A DNA stretch of 64,000 nucleotides from Nitrosopumilaceae archaeon (lineage in GTDB: Archaea > Thermoproteota > Nitrososphaeria > Nitrososphaerales > Nitrosopumilaceae), in assembly GCA_965208905.1 (NCBI GenBank), contig OZ242365.1:1792001-1856000 (forward strand). Reading direction: 5' to 3'. Below are positions 42,701 to 52,937 of this stretch, piece by piece. Made by a program: the position numbers and the translations under genes. How positions within the stretch are numbered: position 1 is the first letter of the stretch; each line of letters begins with the position of its first letter. The notes beneath the pieces are model-generated. The model did not search any database. It saw nothing but the letters and a program-made list of their open reading frames with translations, and was not told where the DNA came from.

Positions 42701-44491
42701 CTCGGCGAGTGGTACATCATAATGCAGGACACCTCCATCAGGCCGGGAGATGTGCCCGGCATAGTTGGGTACGTCACCACCCTGAACCCATATCTGGACG
42801 GCCAGAATCCGTCATACAAGATAGGTACGGGCGGGGATTCCGGGCACTTTGAGATGGAGTCTAACGCCCTCAGGCTAAAGTCGGTTCCGGAAGGCAGCGG
42901 GCCGTATACCGTGAACATAACATCTTCTGGCGGCTACGGAACAGGCAACTCGCGGACGCTCGGGATAACGGTCTCAGATTCCGCAGGACCCGCTCCTACC
43001 GGCCCACGCGACATAACCGGACTCACGCTTGCAAGCACGGCCCCGGGCACCGCCGAGGTATCCTGGGATGCTCCGGCCAGAACGCCCGATGGCTACCGTG
43101 TGTCATGGGCCAAGGTGGGCGAGTCCTACCTGGCCTGGAGGAACTCTGACGGCAACGCCTTCCCCACATCGCCCGGATACACCATCATGGGCCTGGAGGA
43201 GGGCGAGGCCTACAAAGTGCAGGTGCGCGCACGCTACAGCGACGGCGGTCCGGGGCCCTGGAGTGGCGAGGTCACCATCACTGTCTCTGCCAACACCCCG
43301 CCGACCGTCTCGGCCGGCCCCGACCAGACAGTCGCCGAGGGCGACACGGTCGTCCTAGCAGGCACCGCCTCCGACGCCGACGCCGGCGACACACTGACCT
43401 ACCTGTGGTCCCAGAACCCATCCTCCCCGGCCATCGCCTTTGCCAACGCCACCTCCATATCGACCACTTTCGCCGCCCCGCAGGTCTCCTCCAACGCCAC
43501 CATCACCCTCACGCTCACGGCCACCGACCAGCACAACACCGCCGCCTCCGATACGATGACCCTGACTATCACCGATGTTCCCGACACCACCCCTCTTGCC
43601 AACAACCACGCCACCGGATCTCCGGCCATCACCGGTACTATCCAGGTGAGCCAGACGCTTACCGCGGACACCTCGGACATCTCCGATGCTGATGGCATGA
43701 TCAACGCCACCTTCGCCTACCAGTGGCTGTCCAACGACGGTGCTACCACCTCCGAGATCTCCGGCGCCGCTTCCTCCAGCTACACGCTGGCCGCCAGCGA
43801 CCAGGGCAAGACCATTCAGGTGCGCGTTACATTCACCGACGATGCCGGCAACCCAGAGTCGCTGACCAGCGTCGCCACTTCCCAAGTGGCTCCGACAGTC
43901 CCCGGATCCCCGAGCATCTCGTCTGTCTTGCCGGCCGCCAGGGGCGAGCTGAGCATCTCCTGGCAGGCCCCCATATACAACGGCGGCAGCAACATAACCG
44001 GATATATCATCCAGTGGAAGGAGGCCACCGGCAGCTGGAGCAACTCCGCCGATGTCTCGGAGGCCACCACCACCGACTCCCACTACACCGTCACCGGCCT
44101 GACCGACGGCACCACCTATGCCGTCCGGGTCATCGCCACCAACCAGGCGGGGGACGGCCAGCCGTCATCCGAGGCCACCGCCACACCGCGCAATCCGCGC
44201 CACATCACCGGCTTCACCCTCAGCAGCACCCAGCCCGGAACCATTCAGGTCGACTGGAGCGAACCCGCCGAGGATCCCACCAACTACCGCGTCTCCTGGG
44301 CCAAGGTGGACGAGCGGTTTCCGACCCTAGCCGCCTCTACCGGCTACGCGTTCCCCGACAGCACTTCCTATACGATAACCGGTCTGGAGGAGGGGGCCGA
44401 GTACAAGGTGAAGGTGCGCGCCCGGTACGACAGCGGCGGAAACGGCGCCTGGAGCGATATACTTACCGCCACCGTCGCGAGTTCCAGATGA
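39773..44491 (+). CDS. Large surface protein: two DUF285 (BspA-like) repeat blocks, PKD/Ig-like and FN3-like domains; true start probably 39842 or 39899
   Basis: 25-aa FNGNISxWNVSSVTDMxxMF and FDSDLSGWDVSGVTxMxxMF repeats; IDWGDG; PTVSAGxDQTV domains; SW.AP..NGGS.ITGY; visibly GC-rich. Confidence 0.9.
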   Translation: MCLYLRLHIETSKWWYCNLEGLNMRGPIKLHDTRGAHATSYSMSRLCLYAVCAATLLLSLNVVLGAGEAGLDVAHVSDDVYPVAAIKINDLTPNGPVLADHDLFGISEHLWGGLVTVPVSTEAWADTDPFVTTWKTTSPGESITIPTYVAFGKHTIDWGDGTAPTTDWLDQTHVYEEPGTYTVSITGDFTQIRLYDDRVNAEKLVSIDNWGGVQWGTMDHAFGVASNMVYNATDALDFSALTNLQYMFYSATSFNGNISSWNVSSVTSMKDMFNNADSFNQDLSDWDVSSVENMHGMFFGTASFNGNISAWNVSSVTDMSNMFTLSDSFNGNISAWNVSSVTDMSEMFLGATSFNGNISIWNVSSVTDMQEMFYDATSFDQNLGNWYIVLDSEVIHYDDAPGIIGSISAQNLFLDGQNATYGIATGGDSGSFELDGADLRLKEMPTKESYAVTINATGDFGSGNSKSIVVKVLGFPNSPPTVSAGDDQTVQEGQAVTLSGTASDPDPEDTLTYIWSHDHPTLPISLADPNSLSTTFTAPNVAANTTITFTLTATDQQNANGTNTMTITITDSANSPPTVSAGDDQTVQEGQAVTLSGTASDPDPEDTLTYIWSHDHPTLPISLADPNSLSTTFTAPNVAANTTITFTLTADDGTDTSSDTMNLTIANISPALPPPAAFVTTWQTTTSNESITIPARGTYTIDWGDGTTEEGVSGSWTHTYGEAGSHTIRISDGIEKFSLAGSEDAHKLASIDQWGYAKWTSMHKAFQGASGMTYGATDVPDLSGVTDARRMFEGAAAFDGDLSGWDVSSVKHMSYMFKEARSFDSDLSGWDVSGVTDMAGMFWKAHSFDSDLSGWDVSSVTDMYAMFHHAHSFDSDLSGWDVSGVTGMANMFSYTHSFDSDLSGWDVSGVTTMYAMFAGARSFDSDLSGWDVSGVADMADMFRSTGAFNSDISRWEIQRDTRITAMLYRADAFEQNLGEWYIIMQDTSIRPGDVPGIVGYVTTLNPYLDGQNPSYKIGTGGDSGHFEMESNALRLKSVPEGSGPYTVNITSSGGYGTGNSRTLGITVSDSAGPAPTGPRDITGLTLASTAPGTAEVSWDAPARTPDGYRVSWAKVGESYLAWRNSDGNAFPTSPGYTIMGLEEGEAYKVQVRARYSDGGPGPWSGEVTITVSANTPPTVSAGPDQTVAEGDTVVLAGTASDADAGDTLTYLWSQNPSSPAIAFANATSISTTFAAPQVSSNATITLTLTATDQHNTAASDTMTLTITDVPDTTPLANNHATGSPAITGTIQVSQTLTADTSDISDADGMINATFAYQWLSNDGATTSEISGAASSSYTLAASDQGKTIQVRVTFTDDAGNPESLTSVATSQVAPTVPGSPSISSVLPAARGELSISWQAPIYNGGSNITGYIIQWKEATGSWSNSADVSEATTTDSHYTVTGLTDGTTYAVRVIATNQAGDGQPSSEATATPRNPRHITGFTLSSTQPGTIQVDWSEPAEDPTNYRVSWAKVDERFPTLAASTGYAFPDSTSYTITGLEEGAEYKVKVRARYDSGGNGAWSDILTATVASSR
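41199..41722 (+). repeat. Tandem duplication, 291-bp period, 233 bp identical
   Basis: 41199-41431 matches 41490-41722 (NSPPTVSAGDDQ...FTLTA). Confidence 0.9.
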
Positions 44492-44599
44492 TGGAACCGT
44501 CACCATCTACGGCATCCGCCGCGCAGCCGGGGCAGTCCCAGAAGAGGACCATTCGGAGAGGCGGTGGGGCAGTGACCTACAGCCGGACAGCCCTAGGTA

Positions 44600-45411
44600 G
44601 GCCTGCTCGTCTTGATACCAGTACCATCTCGAACCATATTTCACACGTTTTTTCCACTTTTTGTGGTTAGACTCGTGCTCTTCTTTTGTCAGATGCGCAA
44701 ACCTTCTCAGGTCTGTAATGCCATCGCCTAGCTTATACATGACGGCCATGGTTCTGTCCCTGCTGACCCCGCCGGAGCGCGTCGTTGCATTATGGTTTAT
44801 CCGGATGTAGGGTATGATGCCAAGCCGTTTGCATGTATCAACTATCCTACGCGAATCAAACCCACCATCTGCGCGCATCACTATCTTTTGTGTCCTACAC
44901 GAATCACTACTGTTTTCTGTAGATTGATTTGCGCCTCCGCCTTTGCTATCCTGTATACACGCATCCAAATCTGTATTCTCCAGAGCCATACAGGTAAGAC
45001 TCTCAAACTGAGGTGCTTCTCCGACTGTGTCATCTGTCACGCTAAATCCAAGTATCTCCCGAGTGTCTGTGTCTACGACCAGAGTTAGTCTGATGAATCC
45101 ATGCCGTACCTTGTGTTTAAACCGGATATACTCGCTTCGAGCAGTCGGACTGAGTCCAGTACCGTCTATTACCAGGTTCAACAGGTCCGTTCCGTACAGG
45201 TCTATTCCCGGTCAATTTGGACTCCTACAGGTAAGAGTGTACGACCCAGGCAACAACTTGTCTTAAATACTTGACAATAACTGCTGGCGTAAACGTTCCA
45301 TTATCCTCTAACTAATGGAATATCACGTCATGCGTATTTGACCATCATACAACAGCACGCATCCAAAAATGCCGCTTTTGGAAATTTTAGGCGGGGTTAT
45401 GATACTAACTC
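44600..45411 (-). pseudogene. IS5-family transposase remnant
   Basis: VIDGTGL, LVVDTDT..IL, ADGGFDS, WKKRVKYGSRW, then truncated; end-like ggggttatgatactaactc near 45394-45411. Confidence 0.8.
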
Positions 45412-45450
45412 AGAATCTGTAAAACCTTAAAAGTATATTAGAGTGGTAGT

Positions 45451-46623
45451 ATGACGAGCTTGGTGCATACTGTAGGTTACATGTGTCTAATTGTGACATT
45501 ATTGGGTACAAGTATTGCGTATGCTGATGATACCGTTACCATAGGTGGAGTCTTCAACATATCCGGATGGGCCGAAGGGGAGAAGAGCAAGACTGCAGCG
45601 GAGTTTGCCGTCAACGACTTTAATGAGTATCTAGACATGATTGGTGCAGACTGGGACCTCAAGATGCGGATCGAAGATACTCAAGACAATGCCAATATAG
45701 CACTCAGCAAGCTTCAAGATCTTCGAAGTAGTGGTGTAGACTTGGTGGTGGGGGTGGCATTCAGCCACTTTATCAATCTGGCGTATAACTACATTCAGAC
45801 CAACGATATACTGGTCATATCCCATGCCGCTCAGGCTGCAAATCAGGAGATTGATGATAACGTATTCCGTTTAGTACCAAATGATGGACAACAGGTACCG
45901 GCCATAAGCGCTGCCGCTCAGGATGCAAATGTAACCACACTGATTACGATATCCTACATTGGTTCATGGGGTGATGGAATAGTGGATGGTGTGGAAAGTT
46001 TCTTTGATGGAGAGGTTGTAAAACTCCTACGGTATGACTATGAGACGGCAGATTATTCCGCCGTGGTCTCATTTCTAGATGCAGAAGTGGCTAAGCTGGT
46101 TGATGAGCATGGCGCTGATAGCGTGGGAGTTCTGTTTGTGGGTGGTGATGAGATCCTACAGATAGCGCACCAGCTGAAGCTATATGAAAATTCCCACAAA
46201 GTAAGATGGTTTGGTACAAACAATCAGGCAGGGCAGTCCTACTTTCATTCTGATCCCATCATGCGTGAGTTTGCTGAGACTACCAAGTTTACTGCCGTAC
46301 GATCCATCCCTGCCCAAAGCAACCCGATAGGCACTGCACTAGATGAGCGCTTTATTGAAAGGTACAACTCTACAGCAAGCATATACAATTATGCGGCGTA
46401 TGATGCGGTATGGCTGCTTGGTATGACCATACTACAGACTCAGAGTACCGACTCTTCAACATTAATCAAAGCCATTCCGGCTGTGGCATTACACACCATT
46501 GGTGCGTCGGGCCATTTGGAGCTAAGTCCTGGTGGTGACCTAGCCAATGCCGCATTTGAGATATGGCGGTTCCAAGATGGTGTATGGATCACATACGCAG
46601 ATTATATACATGAACCAAGATAG
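45451..46623 (+). CDS. ABC-type solute-binding protein (type 1 PBP, branched-chain amino acid-like)
   Basis: Signal peptide; AVNDFNEYL, DNVFRLVPND, WGDG, VRWFG, AAYDAVWLLG. Confidence 0.88.
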   Translation: MTSLVHTVGYMCLIVTLLGTSIAYADDTVTIGGVFNISGWAEGEKSKTAAEFAVNDFNEYLDMIGADWDLKMRIEDTQDNANIALSKLQDLRSSGVDLVVGVAFSHFINLAYNYIQTNDILVISHAAQAANQEIDDNVFRLVPNDGQQVPAISAAAQDANVTTLITISYIGSWGDGIVDGVESFFDGEVVKLLRYDYETADYSAVVSFLDAEVAKLVDEHGADSVGVLFVGGDEILQIAHQLKLYENSHKVRWFGTNNQAGQSYFHSDPIMREFAETTKFTAVRSIPAQSNPIGTALDERFIERYNSTASIYNYAAYDAVWLLGMTILQTQSTDSSTLIKAIPAVALHTIGASGHLELSPGGDLANAAFEIWRFQDGVWITYADYIHEPR

Positions 46624-46632
46624 AGTGTAACC

Positions 46633-47050
46633 GTTCAACTCCGCCCCAAACTGTTAGGCCCCTTCAGCAGGAGGGCCGACTATTATCACTAGACTCTAGA
46701 TATACTTAACAGAAGACCACATATTTCATAAAGGTCTGTGTTTACCGCAAGGCAAAAGTACGTAGACACTTTAATGCACAACCTATACGTAAAAGTGTTC
46801 ACGAACTTAGGGTCTGTTAAGATATAGGTACCCATAATCCCCTGTTGATTTGGGTACCTGGATATGATCAACATAGCTCTGTCCTCTCTTGGAGCGGTTC
46901 ACCTCATCTAGCTGGGCTTCCCAGTCTGGGCCCATCTTGATCACGAGCACCTACCAAGAGCCACACTTCTAGCATCTTCTCTGCTGGTGACCGCTTGGGC
47001 TTGCCGTACCGGATGGGATTGATCGTTTGGTTCTTCTGTTTAATTATGAT
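46633..47050. ncRNA. Highly structured intergenic segment (candidate ncRNA or omegaRNA-type relic)
   Basis: Stems ggccc/gggcc, cttaacaga/tctgttaag enclosing agacc/ggtct and gtgtttac/gtagacac (with cc-GCAA-gg), aggtaccca/tgggtacct, ctggg/cccag. Confidence 0.4.
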
Positions 47051-47233
47051 CTTTAAATTCATACAGCGCGCTATATGCTAATTGATCTGGCGGCCCGTAG
47101 GAGTCTGCGATGCCGACCCGCAGCCGATAGGAATGCGAATTATGAGACGTTGCCACTCGGAGAATAATATTTGGTGCCACACTATACAGTCTACAAAATA
47201 TTAATAGAAACCACAGGTTGGTATATGTAAATC

Positions 47234-48442
47234 ATGAAACCAACATATGATGATATAGTCCGAGCTGCCGAGAGTCGGGGAGATGATATTCGCGTTACGC
47301 CCCTGGTATACTCGGACACCTTTAGTAAAATGAGCGGCTCGCAGGTATATCTAAAAGCAGAGTTTCAGCAAAAGACCGGCTCCTTTAAGATACGAGGCGC
47401 CCATTACAAAGTACAGACACTTACTAAGGATGAAAAGTCCAAAGGCGTAGTAGCTGCCTCAGCAGGAAATCATGCTCAGGGGGTGGCTTATGCATCCCAA
47501 AAGGCAGGAATACAATGCACTATTGTGATGCCAAAGACGGCCTCGCCTGCAAAGATATCTGCCACCCGGGAGTATGGGGCTAATGTGGTACTGCGGGGTG
47601 CCAACTACGAGGAGGCTAGTAAGCATGCGCAAGAGATTGCAGATAATACAGGAGCTACGGCAATACATGCCTTTGATGATCCTCATATAATAGCCGGTCA
47701 AGGAGTCATAGGACTTGAGATAATGGATCAAACGCCAGATGTCGATGAAGTATATGTTCCCATAGGAGGTGGAGGTTTGGCTGCAGGCGTACTGCTGGCA
47801 ATAAAACAAAAAAACCCCAAGACGCGTATAATAGGAGTACAGACACGTTCATTTCCTGCAATGCATAAATCACTAATGAAGGGAATCGTAACAAAGGTAG
47901 GAGATCGTACCTCGATTGCTGATGGTATAGCGGTGCGGGTGCCAGGCAGTCTAACCTTCTCCATAATAAGAGAGTTGATTGATGATATCGTACTAGTCAG
48001 CGATGCAGATATTGAAAAGACGATGTTTTTAATGTTGGAGCGCGCAAAACTACTGGTGGAACCAGCTGGCGCAGCTGCACTAGCATATGTGATAACAAAG
48101 TGCCCATCTCCAAACAAAAAGGTCGTATGTATAATGGGCGGTGGAAATGTGGATATGTATCTATTAGGTCAGATTGTAGATAAGGGATTGGCTGCCATGG
48201 GTAGATTACTCAAGGTATCTATGATACTACCAGATAGGCCCGGCATATTCAAAGAGATAATGGATGAGATAGCCGCCGCCAACGCTAATCTGGTTGAAAT
48301 GGTGCATGACCGGCTTAGCTCCGCCATTGAGGTGGGTACAGTATCAGTAACTGTTAGTTTGGAGACGGAGGGTCGGGCAAGTACCGAAGCGCTAATTCGG
48401 GCACTTAGAACAAAAAACATACAGTTTCACATATTGACATGA
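47234..48442 (+). CDS. ilvA: Threonine ammonia-lyase with ACT domain
   Basis: QKTGSFKIRGA, SAGNHAQG, PIGGGGL, VEPAGA, LPDRPG. Confidence 0.92.
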   Translation: MKPTYDDIVRAAESRGDDIRVTPLVYSDTFSKMSGSQVYLKAEFQQKTGSFKIRGAHYKVQTLTKDEKSKGVVAASAGNHAQGVAYASQKAGIQCTIVMPKTASPAKISATREYGANVVLRGANYEEASKHAQEIADNTGATAIHAFDDPHIIAGQGVIGLEIMDQTPDVDEVYVPIGGGGLAAGVLLAIKQKNPKTRIIGVQTRSFPAMHKSLMKGIVTKVGDRTSIADGIAVRVPGSLTFSIIRELIDDIVLVSDADIEKTMFLMLERAKLLVEPAGAAALAYVITKCPSPNKKVVCIMGGGNVDMYLLGQIVDKGLAAMGRLLKVSMILPDRPGIFKEIMDEIAAANANLVEMVHDRLSSAIEVGTVSVTVSLETEGRASTEALIRALRTKNIQFHILT

Positions 48443-48449
48443 TAGTATA

Positions 48450-49076
48450 ATGTTCATACAAAATGATCCTGCAGAAGGACCGGGTCTTTTAAAACAACTA
48501 TTCAAAGATGATGGTTTGGACTATAGCGTAATAAAACCAGATGAGCCCATACCCAATGTTACACATGACATTCTAGTGATACTAGGCGGACCACAGAGCG
48601 CCAATGATAATAGTACAAGACTTCGAGATCAAGAGCGATTAATACGATACTGCCACAAAAGAGATATTCCTGTGTTGGGCATATGTCTGGGCGCTCAACT
48701 ATCGGCGCGATCGTTGGGTGGTCGTGTATACAGAGGCGCACAACTAGAGCTGGGATTTTACAACAATGTCATACCCGATACTAATTCTATACTATTTCAG
48801 AATGCTGACATGCCGTATTGGGTGTTTCATTGGCATCATGATACGTTTGATATTCCGCCCGGTGGGATTAGACTGGCAAAGTCTCCGACATACGAAAATC
48901 AGGCATTCATCTGTGGCAGTGTGTTGGGTTTACAGTTTCATTTGGAGGCAGATCATACCATGATATGTGAATGGATGAGAGACTCTGGCGGCATCAGTGA
49001 TGCTGATTTTATACAGTACACACAAAAGAACCTGACAGCATTTTATAAAAACTACAAGCGATTATTTCGCATATGA
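48450..49076 (+). CDS. Type 1 glutamine amidotransferase
   Basis: LGGP, GICLGAQ, QFHLE. Confidence 0.88.
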   Translation: MFIQNDPAEGPGLLKQLFKDDGLDYSVIKPDEPIPNVTHDILVILGGPQSANDNSTRLRDQERLIRYCHKRDIPVLGICLGAQLSARSLGGRVYRGAQLELGFYNNVIPDTNSILFQNADMPYWVFHWHHDTFDIPPGGIRLAKSPTYENQAFICGSVLGLQFHLEADHTMICEWMRDSGGISDADFIQYTQKNLTAFYKNYKRLFRI

Positions 49077-49227
49077 TGTACATATCTGATTAATTTGGTC
49101 TATCAAACAGTATGTGGATTATACAAAATTATACGGCTCTCTGTGATTCGAACCATGTATGCTGATACATATGCGTGGTCACCGTATCATCGTGCAATGC
49201 TAAATAACAATTTTGTAACATCGTAAT

Positions 49228-49554
49228 ATGGCTCGACAACTCAATCTAGACAGTTGGCAGTTAAACCATATATTGGCTCTTCTAAACAAAGGAGTTGATA
49301 TATACAAACGAACAAACAAACCCATTGAAATATATCGTAAATCATTAGAGGAGCGTGATGACTGCTATGAAGAAATGATATGTACCATTATAGATGGATA
49401 TGTGTTAGAACAGAGGGTGGCCTCGGGCGGACCAATGCCACCACAATTTACCTACCAATCAGTATACAGTGTTAAAGACTATCCAAAAATTTTACTAAAA
49501 AAGAACAAAGAGCGACTTCACAGTATTGTTGAGACTCTGGAATCTTTAGAGTGA
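49228..49554 (+). CDS. Hypothetical protein
   Basis: 108-aa ORF preceded by an AT-rich promoter-like region. Confidence 0.65.
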   Translation: MARQLNLDSWQLNHILALLNKGVDIYKRTNKPIEIYRKSLEERDDCYEEMICTIIDGYVLEQRVASGGPMPPQFTYQSVYSVKDYPKILLKKNKERLHSIVETLESLE

Positions 49555-49566
49555 GAATTACTCTAA

Positions 49567-50622
49567 TCAATACTGTATAGTTCGCGCATACTCATCTATC
49601 TGCGCAACAAGTGTATCATACGGATCTTCCATCTCAGACAATAAACAATCTGCTCTCTCTACAAACACTCGCTTATCTTTGGATAATATCTCTGAGGATG
49701 CCTTTATGATTTTATCTGGACTTTTAGCTCGTATTAGAGCTCCCCGGTTTACCAAATACTTCTCATCCATATTTGGTACTGCATCATATGACACAACTGG
49801 TACCCCCCGCAGTACTGCCTCAGTGGTCATTGTTCCACCAGACCCAATCAGCAAGTCACATCCTGCTAAAATAGCTCCACTATCAAAAGAACTCTCTAAA
49901 GTTACTGCGACATCCGAGTATTTTTCCTGAAGATGTTCTGTCTGCTCAGAATATCGGGTAGATATGACAATATTACAGTCTGAAAAATTGTCCACTATGG
50001 AGTCTAATATTGCTTCCATATCTGTGTGGCTTTGCACATATGATGCTTGTGTCTCGTATGTGCGAAACAGTATGGTCTTTTTACTGTCTGATAGACCAAT
50101 CGATTTTTTGTCCCAAATGAAGGCAGGCTTGTTGCGCACTATAAGAAATTCATCCATTGCTGCATATTGTACTATGTGATTATGCTCAAGACCATACCTT
50201 CCAAAAGACTGTTTTGGTATATGACCAGGTATTAGTAATTTATTTAGAAGTGGAACTGCCAGTCTGCAGACGCCTTCGGAGTGAGGGGCGTTACAAAACG
50301 CAATATGATGTATGCCAAAATTAAAAGATATCAGTGATGCTTCCGGTGAGCAGAAACTAACTGTTATGTCTGGCTGAAATTCATCTATTAATTTAATTAA
50401 TAATTTTGCTCTCATTAGTGACGCATCGAGTTTTTTTTCGAGTTCTTTACCACCATACTTTCCCACAAGCGTAGGGTGTAGATTTCGGATACGTATGAGA
50501 TCTGTAACTTCCTTATAGTCTCTAGATGTAAAGAGGATATCGTGTTCTGACTTGGCCCGCTGTATCATGGACTCAAAGAATAACAACTGCTTTGGTGTTA
50601 AAATATCAAACCATATCTTCAT
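49567..50622 (-). CDS. DUF354 family (GT-B glycosyltransferase-like) protein
   Basis: MKIWFDILTPKQ, GKYGG, GSGGTMTTEA..GVP. Confidence 0.88.
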   Translation of the reverse strand: MKIWFDILTPKQLLFFESMIQRAKSEHDILFTSRDYKEVTDLIRIRNLHPTLVGKYGGKELEKKLDASLMRAKLLIKLIDEFQPDITVSFCSPEASLISFNFGIHHIAFCNAPHSEGVCRLAVPLLNKLLIPGHIPKQSFGRYGLEHNHIVQYAAMDEFLIVRNKPAFIWDKKSIGLSDSKKTILFRTYETQASYVQSHTDMEAILDSIVDNFSDCNIVISTRYSEQTEHLQEKYSDVAVTLESSFDSGAILAGCDLLIGSGGTMTTEAVLRGVPVVSYDAVPNMDEKYLVNRGALIRAKSPDKIIKASSEILSKDKRVFVERADCLLSEMEDPYDTLVAQIDEYARTIQY

Positions 50623-51032
50623 TGTGTTGTACTTTTAGTGCCATAATTACTACCTATATAGTATATCTCACATGCACTGTATACACTTCTTGAGGGAGTT
50701 AAAGTGCATTATATGTCATTTTAATCTAAAAGTGACATATGTCGGTAAGAAGCGGACGCATAATGTATCCTCGAATAAATCCACACTATTAATAAAATCA
50801 TATTGGTTAAAGTGGGATGACTTGTACATTTGATGTTCTAATGTTCAGACTATCTGCATAACAGAATGTGTGGGACAGACGTAGTTTAAATGCCACGTAA
50901 TATAATCATGCCAACTTGCCCATCTGCATATGTAATATGTGCAGATATGGGGTAAGGGGCCAAGTACGTGCTTTACCTTTTGAGAGTGTACAAAATTATT
51001 GTATAATATAGGGCTAGCGTACATAACAATTA

Positions 51033-52388
51033 ATGATGTCATCACTACAAGAGACACTAAATAATGTCAACTCGTACGAGTCTCTCATAGAGGTTTTTGG
51101 CTTAGGATATGTGGGATTTCCGCTGGCCGTCAGGTTGGCAAGCATGGGAATGAACGTTCGAGGTGTGGATGTGGATGAAAATAGGGTTAACCGGCTAAAC
51201 CGCAATGAACTACTGGAGACTGAACGTAATCTAAAAGGATCATTTCTGTCTGCCAAAACAAGCGGCCGATTACGCATTACCACCAAACCGACACCATCGG
51301 AGACTGCAAAGATTGGAATTATATGCGTACCAACGCCAATTCCTACCAAATCTATAACGTCCAACATACATGTGAACTCGTCCATCAAAAGCTTCTTAAA
51401 TACATGTAATACGGGCGATATTATAATAATAGAGAGTAGTGTCGAGGTGGGAACAACAGATAGTGCCCGTACCATGATTGAGGCTGCTGGGCATAAGGTG
51501 GGCAAAAATTTTGGCTTGGCGTTCTGCCCAGAGAGAATAGATCCACAAAATACAAGATGGACGCTGGAGAACATTCCCCGTGTAGTGTATTGCTCGGATG
51601 ATACAACATTTAAAATAATTAAAATAATTTATTCTAATGTCAATAATTCAAACCTGATACGTGTCTCCTCTGCCAAGACCGCCGAAGTGACAAAGTCGTT
51701 TGAGAATGCGTTTAGATTAGTAAATATATCATTGGTCAATGAACTGGCTATACTGTGTGATCATCTACAGATAAATGCCCGGGAGGTCATTGACGCTGCG
51801 GCCACAAAGCCCTTTGGATTTATGCCATTCTATCCTGGCGCCGGAGCTGGTGGCCATTGCATCCCTAAAGATCCTAGATTCTTGTTGGAATCATCAAAAA
51901 AATTTGGTAGTCAATTTACTACCATACACAATGCCTTGGAGATAAACTCGTATGTTCCCATATACATATCAGAACACGTAGATGATATTATATCAAAAAA
52001 TAATCTGACAAAATCAGTTCTGGTATGTGGTATGTCATACAAGCCAAATATTGAAGATATGCGCGACTCGTCCGGATTTAAAATAGTCGATAAATTTATT
52101 GATAAAAAATATCATGTCGGCGTGTATGATCCCTTCTTTAACAACGAACTGCTTGAAAAATACCTATACGAAAATAACATGAAAAATAAAAAGTTTGAGA
52201 TCATACATGATATAAATACAAATCTAAAGTTTTCGTGCTTATGTATCACTCAGCACCACTCTCATTTGATATCGTTCTTACAAGAGATATACTCCAAGGG
52301 AGTCTTTCCACTGGTATATGACTGTCAAAATAAGTTACGTAAAAACAAAAACTCAGCTAGTATGTTGCAATGCCTAGGTGACGCCTAA
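51033..52388 (+). CDS. Nucleotide-sugar dehydrogenase (UDP-GlcNAc/ManNAc DH family)
   Basis: GLGYVG, CVPTP, FCPER, AEVTKSFEN, GGHCIPKDP, YKPNIEDMR. Confidence 0.92.
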   Translation: MMSSLQETLNNVNSYESLIEVFGLGYVGFPLAVRLASMGMNVRGVDVDENRVNRLNRNELLETERNLKGSFLSAKTSGRLRITTKPTPSETAKIGIICVPTPIPTKSITSNIHVNSSIKSFLNTCNTGDIIIIESSVEVGTTDSARTMIEAAGHKVGKNFGLAFCPERIDPQNTRWTLENIPRVVYCSDDTTFKIIKIIYSNVNNSNLIRVSSAKTAEVTKSFENAFRLVNISLVNELAILCDHLQINAREVIDAAATKPFGFMPFYPGAGAGGHCIPKDPRFLLESSKKFGSQFTTIHNALEINSYVPIYISEHVDDIISKNNLTKSVLVCGMSYKPNIEDMRDSSGFKIVDKFIDKKYHVGVYDPFFNNELLEKYLYENNMKNKKFEIIHDINTNLKFSCLCITQHHSHLISFLQEIYSKGVFPLVYDCQNKLRKNKNSASMLQCLGDA

Positions 52389-52455
52389 AATTACTGTATG
52401 TAATATTGTACAATAGATGCATTAAATTAAAATACAAAAAAGGTACTAGCATATT

Positions 52456-52701
52456 ATGGACAAAGAACCAACATACGTTTTGATACAGTGTAATTTAGGC
52501 GCTGAGACCGACATTATTGAAACAATAACAAAGATGCCTAATGTAGTAGAGGTGAGAGGTACATATGGCACATTTGATATATTTTGTAGAGTGGTGGCCA
52601 CATCCACAGAGACTGAAAAAATTGTAGAGCAGATACGCCGAATATCTAATATTCAATCTACAACTACCCTCAGAACCATACTGTCTCAAGGCGGTAAGTG
52701 A
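52456..52701 (+). CDS. Lrp/AsnC ligand-binding domain protein
   Basis: YVLIQC, V.EV.GTYG.FDI, IR.I..I.STTTL. Confidence 0.88.
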   Translation: MDKEPTYVLIQCNLGAETDIIETITKMPNVVEVRGTYGTFDIFCRVVATSTETEKIVEQIRRISNIQSTTTLRTILSQGGK

Positions 52702-52937
52702 TGATAGAGAAAAAGTTTGACAAAGAGAAACTATACAATGATATTGTTCATTTTTACATGGATAAGAAAGGATACCCGCCTGATAAGGCAAACCGTATAG
52801 CACAAAGGGTGGTAATACGAGAGACCAATAAGAGAAGATGTGCCGTATGTGGACATATGAATCATGATCACATTGCAAATACCAAGGCATGCCTATACGT
52901 TGACTGTCAATGTACACACTTTGTCAAGAGGTCATAA
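52698..52937 (+). CDS. Small thaumarchaeal hypothetical protein with Cys/His cluster
   Basis: CAVCGH...H...C...C.C..F; coupled to the upstream gene. Confidence 0.7.
   Translation: MMIEKKFDKEKLYNDIVHFYMDKKGYPPDKANRIAQRVVIRETNKRRCAVCGHMNHDHIANTKACLYVDCQCTHFVKRS

Noticed and set aside
40960-44670. Long alternative-frame and antisense ORFs (e.g. 40960..42012 -, 43723..44670 +)
   Set aside because: Shadows of the GC-rich repetitive adhesin gene.
46670-46835. Group I intron (AAGATATAG resembles the S element), RNase P RNA or SRP RNA
   Set aside because: P7 pairing and P/Q elements not found, no host gene is interrupted, and RNase P/SRP consensus motifs are absent.
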